This document shows positions 9,948 to 19,862 of a DNA stretch of 22,344 nucleotides, piece after piece (position 1 is the first letter of the stretch; every line of letters begins with the position of its first letter). Source of the DNA: Octopus sinensis (Eukaryota); contig NW_021836929.1 of the NCBI RefSeq assembly GCF_006345805.1, positions 1-22,344 of the forward strand, read 5' to 3'. A program made the position numbers and the translations under genes. The notes below the pieces were generated by a model. That model made no database searches. It was not told where the DNA came from and worked only from the letters and a program-made list of their open reading frames with translations.

Positions 9948-10225
9948 ATATAAACTTTCCACTCAGTTCTTTTAAGAATGCGCCAAATGATTGTTCCTGT
10001 CTCGCGCGCACATTGTTCGCTAGAATTCTTGCGTGTGTGTGAAATATTCCAGCACCATAGCCTGTACGAGGTCTGCCGGATTTTCTCTTCTGCACATAAC
10101 ACACGGTACCATATGTTTCGAACTTATCATGAATCCTTGAAATTGTGAGGGGCATTAGAAATTCTGTTCCAGATTCATACCTCCATTGTCATAGAACTAC
10201 TTCAGCAACAATCTCAACTTTGAAA

Positions 10226-10595
10226 TCTCTCTCCATATATAAAGCCGAAGTTGTCTGTGTATGACAGGTTTTGTAGCCTTCAACTAACACTATCTCCTCT
10301 GAGACCCTGCGGCGCTAGTTGACCAAAATTGAGAGTATGATAGAAGAAAGCTTGCTCTTCATTCCGTAGAAGATAAAATTCAAATCGGACCATGTTAACA
10401 CCAAAAATTATTTACATCAAAAAGTGCTTTTTTTCTATGAAAATCCCTATTTTTTACGATTTTTTTACTGCTGTGTCACCATTTTTAGGTGTATTTCAAC
10501 CAGAAAAATGTTCACTTAAAGAGAATAACAAGCTACACAATGCAAAATTTATTGTTGTCGAAACAAACCCGAACAACTCCGGGTGACACTGCTAG
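10226..10595 (+). mobile_element. Non-autonomous Helitron-like element
   Basis: 5' TC(tctc)catatataaag; 3' hairpin acccg-aacaactc-cgggt then CTAG (10592-10595); sits between A10225 and T10596 with no TSD; its removal restores the transposase frame. Confidence 0.85.
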
Positions 10596-10863
10596 TTCTA
10601 CTTTAAAATTTTTTTGTTTTTCAAGCCAACTACTTTGAAAAAGGCCACCCACCAGAAAAAGAAAGGAAAAAATGCGAAAAAAGGTTAACGGCAACTTGTA
10701 TTAATTTTTCTTTTCTTGAAGTGTGTATATATATTTTTGGCACACACACACCACACACACACACAACACACACACACACACATACTTTCATAGGCATACA
10801 TGCACACAGGCATATATACATATAATGTTTCCAGGTAAAACCATGCCTCAGTCATTAAAGCGA

Positions 10864-10873
10864 GTTCAACAAC

Positions 10874-10907
<34 letters not shown>

Positions 10908-11462
10908 ATTACGGTAACAACAAAAAAAAATGAAAGCTATAATTAGAATGAGATAAACGACATTACCATTACAGCTACGACGACAATGACGACGACGACG
11001 GCGACGTCCACGACGACCACCACCAAGAACAACAAGATCAACAGGAAGAACAACAGCAATAAGAACGGTAAGCACAGCAGCAGCAGCAGCAGCAGCAGCA
11101 GTAGAAGCAGCAGCCGTAGGAGCAACGGCAAGAACAACGGTCAGAACAATGGTAGTAGCAATAACAACAATGGCGGTACCAAGAATAGCAACGAAGAGAA
11201 AAAAAGGAAAGCTATAATTAGATCAAGAACGCTAAAAAACAACAACAACAACAAAAACGGCGGCAACAATAAAGACAACAACCAAGAAAGAGAATGGCAT
11301 CAAAAAAAAAAGAAACAGCAACAGTTGCAAAAGAACAAAAAAAGAGAGTGAAAATTATAATGAGAAGAACAAGAAGAATAAAAATAGCAATAAACAACAG
11401 CAACAACAACAACAGCAACAACAACAACAACAGCAACAACAGCAACAACAACAATAACAACA
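10864..11462. repeat. Compound CAA/GAC/CAG/GAA low-complexity tract
   Basis: Direct reading; punctuated by the gaaagctataatt motif (see findings). Confidence 0.9.
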
Positions 11463-11590
11463 GTAAAAGCCTGACAAGGAAAGCTATAATTTGAAAGAGA
11501 TAATCTCGAACGAGAACATTAACATTACCTCCATATTACATTAATGAAACAAAATCAAAAAACAAAAACAAAAAACATTGGGTGTAATTA

Positions 11591-12567
11591 TAGATGTGAG
11601 TAACGCAGCGAGCCAACAGAATCGTTTGCGCAACGGATAAAGTGCTTACAGACATTTCATCCGGCTCTTTACGTTCAAATTCCGCCGAGGTCAAATTTGC
11701 CTTTTATCCTTTCGGATAGAATTGACTTAATCCCGTTGTGTGTCCTTGTTTGTCCCCTCTATGTTTAGCCCCTTGTGGGCAATAAAGAAATATATAGATG
11801 TAAGTAACGCAGCGAGCCAACAGAATCGTTTGCGCAACGGATAAAGTGCTTACAGACATTTCATCCGGCTCTTTACGTTCAAATTCCGCCGAGGTCAAAT
11901 TTGCCTTTTATCCTTTCGGATATAATTGACTTAATCCCGTTGTGTGTCCTTGTTTGTCCCCTCTATGTTTAGCCCCTTGAGGGCAGTAAAAAAATACATA
12001 GATGTGAGTAACGCAGCGAGCCAACAGAATCGTTTGCGCAACGGATAAAATGCTTACTGTCATTTCATCCGGCTCTTTACGTTCAAATTCCGCCGAGGTC
12101 AAATTTGCCTTTCATCCTTCCGTGGTCGATAAATTAAGTACCAGTTACGCACTGGGGGTCGATGTAATCGACTTAATCCCTTTCTCTGTCCTTGTTTGCC
12201 CCCTCTGTGTTTAGCCCCTTGAGGGCAGTAAAAAAATACATAGATGTGAGTAATGCAGCGAGCCAACAGAATCGTTTGCGCAATGGATAAAATGCTTACT
12301 GACATTTCATCCGGCTCTTTAGGTTCAAATTCCCCCGAGGTCGACTTTGCCTTTCATCCTTTCATCCATCGACTTAATCCCTTTTTCTGTCCTTGTTTGT
12401 CCCCTCTGTGTTTAGCCCCTTGTGGGCAATAAAGAAATAAGAATAGTTAGCACTTCGGACAAAATGCTCAGCGACGTTTCATCCGGCTCTTTACGTTCCA
12501 AGTTCAGATTCTGCCGAGGTCAACTTTGCCTTTCATCTTATCGGGATCGATAAAACTAAGTACCAGT
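11591..12567 (+). repeat. Tandem array of family A SINE-derived units (4 units plus 1 partial)
   Basis: Units start tagatgt(g/a)agtaa at 11591, 11795, 11999 and 12241 (periods 204, 204, 242); partial copy about 12443-12567. Confidence 0.92.
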
Positions 12568-12748
12568 TGTTGTTGTTATTGCTGTTTTGTGGGTAAGCCG
12601 ACTTTGATCAGGTAGATTAAAGTTCTTACAGATGTCACTATTCTAACTATCTTTTGATGACTACGTTTTAAACCTTTGTGTTGTCAGATAAATCCGTTCG
12701 TTTTCTCCTCCTCCTGTTCCCGAGAGAGGAGAAAGTGTTTCCAATATA

Positions 12749-12981
12749 TATTTCTTTACTACCCACAAGGGGCTAAACACAGAGGAGACAAACAAGGACA
12801 GACAAACGGATTAAGTCGATTACATCGATCCCAGTGCGTAACTGGTACTTAATTTATCGACCCCGGAAGGATGAAAGGCAAAGTCGACCTCGGCGGAATT
12901 TGAACTCGGAACGTAACGGCAGACGAAATACGGCAACGCATTTCGCCCGGCGTGCTAACGTTTCTGCCAGCTCGCCGCCTT
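12749..12981 (-). mobile_element. Family A SINE, full length
   Basis: 17-bp TSD aaagtgtttccaatata at 12732-12748 and 12982-12998. Confidence 0.95.
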
Positions 12982-13218
12982 AAAGTGTTTCCAATATAAT
13001 TTGATTTAACACGAAAAATATGTCCATCGTAGTGTTTTGTGTTTATCTTTTCTGGCGGCTTCATTCTTCCTCTACAGTCTTTGTTTATCGTTTCTGAAAT
13101 TTTAACTCTTTTCAAACAAATAACGATAGAGTGCAAATGGTGGGTGGGTTGTTGGGAATTAAGAAAACGAACAAATTTATCTGACAAGCCAATATATATA
13201 TACCATATATAATGCATT

Positions 13219-13449
13219 AAGGCGGCGAGCTGGCAGAAACGTTAGCACGCCGGGCGAAATGCGTAGTCGTATTTCGTCTGCCGTTACGTTCTGAGTTCAA
13301 ATTCCGCCAAGGTCGACTTTGCCTTTCATCCTTTCGGGGTCGATAAATTAAGTACCAGTTACGCACTGGGGTCGATGTAATCGACTTAACCCGTTTGTCT
13401 GTCCTTGTTTGTCCCCTCTATGTTTAGCCCCTTGTGGGTAATAAAGAAA
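13219..13449 (+). mobile_element. Family A SINE, full length
   Basis: 15-bp TSD catatataatgcatt at 13204-13218 and 13450-13464. Confidence 0.95.
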
Positions 13450-13486
13450 CATATATAATGCATTCTTTACTTTTTGGAGATAGTAA

Positions 13487-13545
13487 GGTACAATTTAAAG
13501 AGATTTGGCTGCTATTTCTTGCTGGTGAAGTGGCCACATAAAGAT
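13487..13545 (+). repeat. Unclassified short dispersed repeat (family C); other copies 17341-17366 and 18684-18721
   Basis: Shared core gagatttggc(t/a)gct(a/g)ttt in three places. Confidence 0.6.
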
Positions 13546-13590
13546 TATGTTGGTTCATATTGTTTAATTCATTAGATTTTTTTTTATTTA

Positions 13591-13692
13591 TGCGCCCTTT
13601 TCAAGCCTAGCCAGGCTCATGGGCCCGGTTTCCCGGTTTCTGTGGCGTATATGTCCTCCCCAGCTGGACGTGAAGCCAGTCCATCGCAGTTA
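13591..13692 (-). mobile_element. SINE 3' fragment (family E) with a V-domain-like central motif
   Basis: Minus strand ctgcgatggactggcttcacgtccagctgggg...acagaaaccgggaaaccgggccc; the V-like label is from memory and unverified. Confidence 0.55.
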
Positions 13693-14103
13693 ATTCATTC
13701 GATGGTAGAACTAATCACTCGCATGGTTTAACACCTCCAACTTCTGGTCCTTGGCAGCCCTTAATAGGGCCCATTCCCTTACAAACATTGAGGTCAGGTC
13801 TCTGGCTTGAAAATATGATTTCGGCCCTTCCTTCCCACCAATTTTGAAAAGAAGCAAAAGGGTCATAAACGCCGACCTTCCCACTCACAGCCCTGATCCT
13901 GAGAACTACAGGCAAAAGGTTTTTCCGCCCATGACCACCCTGAACATTTAATATTTTACCAAGGACTATATCATTTCATGAGTCTTTTCCCCTTTTAAAA
14001 TACAATGGATAAATTGGACAGTGTGAGAGAGTTTACTGTTATGTTTAGCATGCCCAGCGACCAGGTAGGCTTTTATTGTTGGTTCATGTTGATGCTGATG
14101 CTG

Positions 14104-14487
14104 TTGTTGTTGCTGTTGAGCGAATGGTCTTTGTCCCAGAGCTCGCAAGATGGGAGAAGTCCGAAATGTGGTCCTTTGCTATTCGTAAGACCCGCAGAAG
14201 AGAAAGCAGGTCAACTTCCGACACAGAGAGCATCGACGGATGAATGAATGCGCATCCAGGCTCAGCGGTTGCGTAGGAAGTCGGGGACAAGAAACAGGAA
14301 AAAAAGAGTGAGAGAAAGTTGGAGCGAAATAGTACAACAGGGGTCGGCCCCCCCCCCCTGCCGGAGCCTCGTGGAGCTTTAGGCGTTTTCGCTCAATAAA
14401 CACACACAACGCCCGGTCTGGGAATCGAAACCGCGATCCTCCGACCGCGAGTTCGCTGCCCTAACCACTGGGCCATTGCGCCTCCAC
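14104..14487 (-). mobile_element. Family D tRNA-derived SINE, full length, (CAA)n tail
   Basis: Head gtggaggcgcaatggcccagtggttaggg (A box) ... ggtttcgattccc (B box); 14-bp TSD tgatgctgatgctg at 14090-14103 and 14488-14501. Confidence 0.88.
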
Positions 14488-14501
14488 TGATGCTGATGCT
14501 G

Positions 14502-14651
14502 ATGACGGGGTTGATGGTATTACTGTTCATAGTTATTGTTGATGCTGCTGCTGCTGCTGCGACTGATATGTGGAAGATGAAGATGAAGAAGATGATGATG
14601 ATATGTTGATGATGATGATAATGGTGACGATATGTTGAAGATGAAGACGAA

Positions 14652-14684
<33 letters not shown>

Positions 14685-15000
14685 ATGCTGAAGATGAAGA
14701 TAAAAAATGATGTTGATGATGATGATGAGGAGGAGGAGGATGGAGATGATGCTGATAGAGTGGGTATTGTTAATGGCTGCGATGGTAGAGGTGGCGGTGG
14801 TGTTGGCGGAGATGGTAAGGGAGACGGTTGTGGTGGTTGTGAGCTGGAAGTGTTAGTGATGGTAGGGGTGGGGTGGGGGTGATGGTTGGAGCAGCAGTGG
14901 CATTGGAAATGGTGGTGGTGGTGGTGGTGATTGTGGTGGCGATGGTGGAGGTGGTGGTGGCGGTGGCGGTGATGCGGTAGTGGCGGCGGTGGTGGCAGCG
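14502..15000. repeat. GAT/GCT/GGT trinucleotide tract
   Basis: Direct reading. Confidence 0.9.
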
Positions 15001-15056
15001 AATGGTAATCGAATACACATCAACTCGTTAATTAACCGATAAAAGGAAAGAAAGCA

Positions 15057-15169
15057 AGTGTGTATGTGTGTGTGTGTGAGTGTGTGTGTGTGTATGTGTA
15101 TGTGTGTGTGTGTGTGTGAGTGTGTGTGTGTGTGTATGTGTGTGTGTGTGAGTGTTTGTGTGTGTGTGT

Positions 15170-15260
<91 letters not shown>
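15057..15260. repeat. (TG)n followed by (GA)n
   Basis: Direct reading. Confidence 0.95.
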
Positions 15261-16170
15261 TATACAAACATAGACAGACATACGGACGAACAAACATGCG
15301 AACAGACTGATAGAAATCTTGATACTAAACTGTGATAGCCACAACGAGTGGAAGGATGAAATAATTGAAAAAGAAAAAAAAGAGAAAAAAATTACATACG
15401 AAAATAAAATAACATCGAAAAGTGTTAAATAAAAGATAAAAAAAAAATGTAGCCACAACAAACAAAACATAACGTAAACAAATGCAGCAAATATGCACAA
15501 AAGGTGTGACAGTTAATTCCTTGATGAATAACGAATAATTAAGAATGAAAATAATTAAAAGTAAAATTTTAAAAAAAAACATATAAAAATTATTAAAAGT
15601 AATAATAACAATACTAGCGACAATGGAGCCTCCCTTTACACACACACACACAGACACACACACACACACACACAAAAACTGTAGAAAAATAACAAAAAAT
15701 CGATCAAAATACACATTTGAAATTTTTAATTACTGATAGATTGCAAATAAAATGAGTTGTTAATACAATAAAATGGTTAAAATAAGATTAAAAAATAAAT
15801 AAAGAAAATGAAGAAAAGCAGACGATAAAGAAATTTAGGAAGAGCACACAAAATTAATTGTTTTCTCCTCTGAATAAAAGTAGACAAAACGGTTCTGGAG
15901 TTCTTCTGGGAAGTGACGAAATCCGTTGAGGGACGAAACAAAAAATATCGTTATGAAATTTTGAGTTATGTCCCATTACATTTTGTGCTTCAAATCTCAC
16001 CGATAGGGGGAGATGGTCGACTTGTCATTCTTCTGGTTTTGTTGTTGATCCTGTTGTTGCTTAATCTCTGTTGCTGTTGTTATTTAGATCCGTGTTAATA
16101 TGATTTGAGATGATTTAAGGTCAAAACAATTCCAAATGTGCCTAACTATTTCACCTTTTGGAGTATGTAG

Positions 16171-16237
16171 AACTTGCCTTATCATGCCGTGAATTCACTT
16201 CCCTGATGGCGCCGTACAGGGAACGTCATAACATACG
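16171..16237 (+). CDS. Weak candidate internal exon (LALSCREFTSLMAPYRERHNI), phase 1 to 2
   Basis: Branch-like ctaac at 16142, acceptor tgtag, weak donor gtgtta; phase fits the exon at 16964. Confidence 0.2.
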
Positions 16238-16295
16238 GTGTTATCATGAACATCTGTAGACAAGGCGGTGTCTGTCTCTCTCCAGATCTGGAGTG

Positions 16296-16326
16296 AAAGA
16301 GAGAGAGAGAGAGAGAGAGAAGAGAG

Positions 16327-16380
<54 letters not shown>
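16296..16380. repeat. (GA)n microsatellite
   Basis: Direct reading. Confidence 0.95.
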
Positions 16381-16382
<2 letters not shown>

Positions 16383-16430
16383 CAGGGAAAAAAGAAAAAG
16401 AGAGATTGGAAGAAAGAGATGCACCAACAG

Positions 16431-16563
16431 AACTGGTACTTTATTTATAGACATCGAAAGGATAAAAGTTGATCTCGGCAGGATTTGAACTCAGAGAATA
16501 GAGCTGGAAAGATTACCGCAAAGAAATGTAGCCGACGCTTAAACGACGCTGTCAATCTATTGC
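16431..16563 (-). mobile_element. Old family A SINE fragment
   Basis: aactggtactttatttatagacatcgaaaggataaaagttgatctcggcaggatttgaactcag matches the antisense centre and B-box. Confidence 0.75.
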
Positions 16564-16586
16564 TATATTTACGACTATACATGTTT

Positions 16587-16914
16587 AAGGCGGCAAGCTG
16601 GCAGAAACGTTAGCACGCCGGGCGAAATGGGTAGCCGTATTTCGTCTGTTGTTACGTTCCGAGTTCAAATTCCGCCGAGGTCGACTTTGCCTTTCATCCT
16701 TTCGGGGTCGTAAAGAAATAGTAAAGAAATACGTATTTCGTCTGTCGCTACGTTCCGAGTTCAAATTCCGCCGAGGTCGACTTTGCCTTTCATCCTTTCG
16801 GGGTCGATAAATTAAGTACCAGTTATGCACTGGGGTCGATGTAATCGACTTAATCCGTTTGTCTGTCCTTGTTTGCCCCCTCTGTGTTTAGCCCTTGTGG
16901 ATAGTAAAGAAATA
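16587..16914 (+). mobile_element. Family A SINE rearranged dimer (5' half, tail duplication, then 5'-truncated copy)
   Basis: 23-bp TSD tatatttacgactatacatgttt at 16564-16586 and 16915-16937. Confidence 0.93.
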
Positions 16915-16963
16915 TATATTTACGACTATACATGTTTTGATGTATTCTTTTCTTTTTTTAAAG

Positions 16964-17058
16964 AGGTAGTTTGGCGCCTGGCGCGAATAAGGCCTTCACA
17001 AGATCCTATTTGAAAACGGTTCCAGAAGAATTGCAATATCGCAACGGCTGTCTCGTGG
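16964..17058 (+). CDS. Candidate internal coding exon of an unidentified gene (GSLAPGANKAFTRSYLKTVPEELQYRNGCLV), phase 2 to 1
   Basis: Strong pyrimidine tract ttcttttctttttttaaag, donor GG/gtaaac, open frame, phase-compatible with 19863; an alternative acceptor at 16969 keeps the frame. Confidence 0.4.
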
Positions 17059-17443
17059 GTAAACAAAGGACGTGTTCGGATCTTAGATAGAGGGGTACGT
17101 CGGAAAAATATATTGCTGTCTCCAACCATTGCCAGTTCAGCCGGCAATAAGCCTTCAAATTATTCTGGAAGACATGGGGTAGGATCACGAAAGATGTGTC
17201 TCGAGACTCCGATGCAGTTCCAGGAGGGAACAACCGTTAGTGATTGGCAGTAGAAAGTATAACGACTGTTGCTTCTGATTACTATGGAAGAGATCCTTGA
17301 AGAGGGTAGAGAAGATGGATGGATAACTGGAAATGAATCAAGGGAGATTTGGCAGCTATTTCTAGCCAATTAATCGGCTACATACAGGCAATAGAAGTTA
17401 AATGATGTTTGCAGTCTTCAGCAACAAATGATGGTTATTGTAC

Positions 17444-17676
17444 CTATTTCTTTACAACCCACAAGGGGCTAAACACAGAGGGAACAAACAAGGACAGACA
17501 AACGGATTAAGTCGATTACATCGACCCCAGTGCGTAACTGGTACTTGATTTATCGACCCCGAAAGGATGAAAGGCAAAGTCGACCTCGGCGGAATTTGAA
17601 CTCAGAACGTAGCGGCAGACGAAATACGGCTACGCATTTCGCCCGGCGTGCTAACGTTTCTGCCAGCTCGCTGCCT
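17444..17676 (-). mobile_element. Family A SINE, full length
   Basis: 15-bp TSD tgatgg(t/c)tattgtac at 17429-17443 and 17677-17691. Confidence 0.95.
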
Positions 17677-17930
17677 TGATGGCTATTGTACTGCTACTAC
17701 GCTACACCATTATATTCTAATATTGTTCTCTTCGTCTCTCTCCTTCTCTCTCACACACACATGCGCATATATACTAGATGTCTTATAAAACGTAACCAGA
17801 TGTTACGACTCTCGTCTCACCGGAGAAACCACATATAACTACTCCGTTTGTAAAACTTATTCCTTGCTTAATGATTCCTTGCTTAACGACCATCTGATAA
17901 AAAACTTATCTTTCTATCGACTCAGTTATA

Positions 17931-17956
17931 TGTCCGTCCGTCCGTCCGTCCGTCCG

Positions 17957-18010
<54 letters not shown>

Positions 18011-18030
18011 TGTCTGTCCGTCTGTCTGTC
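17931..18030. repeat. Compound (TCCG)n(CCTG)n(TCTG)n
   Basis: Direct reading. Confidence 0.95.
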
Positions 18031-18244
18031 TCGATATATAACCTCAAATACATCTTTCAGGGTATCTTTACATAATACTTAGACAATGCTCACAATTGTA
18101 GACCCAAAGCCATGCCATCTAAAATACATCCAAAGATATATATATATATACAGAATACACTTAGAGGTACGAATATAAATTATGGTTTCAAATTTTGGTA
18201 CAAAGTCAGCAATTTCTTACATCGACCTCAGGGTTCAACTACTA

Positions 18245-18380
18245 CCTACTTCATCAACTCCCAAATAATAAAAGACAAAATCGATCTCAGCAGAATTTGA
18301 ATTCAGAACGTGAAGGCGTATGAAATCCGCTTAGCATTTTATCCTGAGTGTGCTATCAATTCTGCCAGCTTGTAGCCTTA
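18245..18380 (-). mobile_element. Old family A SINE fragment
   Basis: cagcagaatttgaattcagaacgt...gtgctatcaattctgccagcttgtagcctta is the antisense head. Confidence 0.75.
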
Positions 18381-18758
18381 AGCACACTTATGAATATTAA
18401 AATAAATATCAGTTTACTCCAGTCATGTATGTATACAAGGCTTTGTATTTTGGTTTTATAGTTTCGCATTTTTATTATCCTTAGTGAAGGCGTTATTACT
18501 TAGATAATATTTATCTCAAATTGTAACAAAATGGATTACTTTTGGTGATATTTCGTTCATCAGCTGTAGAATTATGCACGAAGAGATTCTAACTATATTC
18601 AACTCGTCTTTTTACTTGAAAAATTATATATATTTAAGATAACTATATTTTGAAATACATTATTTCCTTTTGAAAACTGCAATGTGTAATTTGAAGGAGA
18701 TTTGGCTGCTGTTTTTAATAGATAATGGGATAAAAGATTCGGTATTAGCTTTGTTACC

Positions 18759-18957
18759 AGATGTGTTATCGTCTGCCAGAAATGATACATACGTACGTAT
18801 GTGATATCGTCTGCTGATATTGATTTATTATATACATAGATGAGTTATCGTTTGCTCGTATTAATCCATTATATACATAACTGTGTTATCGTCTACTGGT
18901 ATCATTATTTTATATAGATAGATGTGTTATCGACTGCAGGTATTGATATATTTATCA
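18759..18957. repeat. Degenerate minisatellite, about 41 bp x5
   Basis: Units with core tgtgttatcgtctgc at about 18759, 18797, 18838, 18879 and 18920. Confidence 0.85.
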
Positions 18958-19862
18958 CAAGATATTTTTGTTTCTTCCATAAACATTGCTAATAATATCC
19001 AGACGATTTGTTTTTATTTCTCTCTCATAAAACAACCACCATGTCATATAGGAAAAACGATAAAATTTTTTCTGTGATTTTCTTTTTCCTTTTTGACCTG
19101 GAAGTTATTTTTCTGTGTGAAATCCTGACAGAACTTCCGTTGTATGAAATTTCATGTCGTCAGGTCTGATGTTTAAACTGTTTTGAATAAAATTAATCAT
19201 CCAAAGACAATGACGTTGATTACTTTTTAACAATGACCTCATAGTCTGTAGCTATTTTTTTTAATATTCTGCTTCATTACATGTGAGCAATAGTTGCTTA
19301 GGTGGCAACGATCGATCAAAATACTTTCTATCTTAGCTTCGATTTTCAGAACCAAAGCCAAATTGTCTTCTTTCTTTCCTTTCATTTAATTTTCTTCATC
19401 GTGCGTAGCTGATGTAAGGACTGCATCGCTTTATCATGTCTCTTTGTTATGACATATTGTATTCTTAGCGACATAGAGTTACCACAATCATCGCACTCGA
19501 GCAGAAATTAAAAAGCGAATCAGTGAGGAAGTCATTAATTGTAAGAAATAGCAGCTAAATTTTCCCATCGTTATATTTATGGTATTTTGGATTCCTCTAA
19601 ACAATGAATCCCCACTCTCCAAAACCTTCTTCTTCAAATATTATTTTTGAGTGTTTGGGTTTCATTGGGTTTGATCTTGATTTCTACATATTTCTATTAA
19701 TTCGTGTTCGGTCTCCCAACGAAGAATCCTCTGAGTGATCCCTAGAAATAACAACCAAATAACCTTCAAATCAATCCATGTCTTAGAAAGGACAAGTGAA
19801 AAGTACACAGGATGATTTAATATTTTCTTTTCTTTTTTTCCGTATCATCAATTTTTTTTTAG

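Larger units (their letters stand above)
8500..10650 (-). pseudogene. Decayed IS630-Tc1-mariner transposase (rosa/maT-like), fragmented by insertions; ends approximate
   Basis: Minus-strand pieces in order: KILK*NFKVE..QWRYESGTEFLMPLTISRIHDKFETYGTV..KSGRPRT; WKVY/IPRLLH..DDDSDR; KTIVWSDEGQFKVN (first D at 9447-9445); RGVTGPFFLEGSVISQDYLEIL; FQQLDAPPH..AYLEENLQRHGIRRRDTIE (about 8822-8730). Stops and frameshifts throughout; no TIRs resolved. Confidence 0.85.

Noticed and set aside
11591-12440. CRISPR-like or multi-copy gene array (repeated 64-68 aa ORFs)
   Set aside because: Units are SINE-derived and lack unique spacers; the ORFs are antisense SINE translations
13700-13950. Possible RTE C-terminus (EWALLRAAKDQKL) on the minus strand
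   Set aside because: Too short and needs frameshifts; cannot be supported without a search
14410-14487. Functional tRNA gene
   Set aside because: The anticodon and acceptor stems pair poorly, and it continues into a SINE body with tail and TSD; the same applies to the family A and B heads
14861-14880. G-quadruplex
   Set aside because: Only three G-tracts of 3 or more
15887-16098. Exon encoding KTVLEFFWEVTKSVEGRNKKY (HECT- or RGS-like FWEV)
   Set aside because: Purine-rich poor acceptor, weak donors, and the similarity is only 4-5 residues
16926-17369. Three overlapping minus-strand ORFs of 69-75 aa
   Set aside because: No convincing splice sites or recognisable domain; the plus-strand exon model has better signals, but this is not excluded
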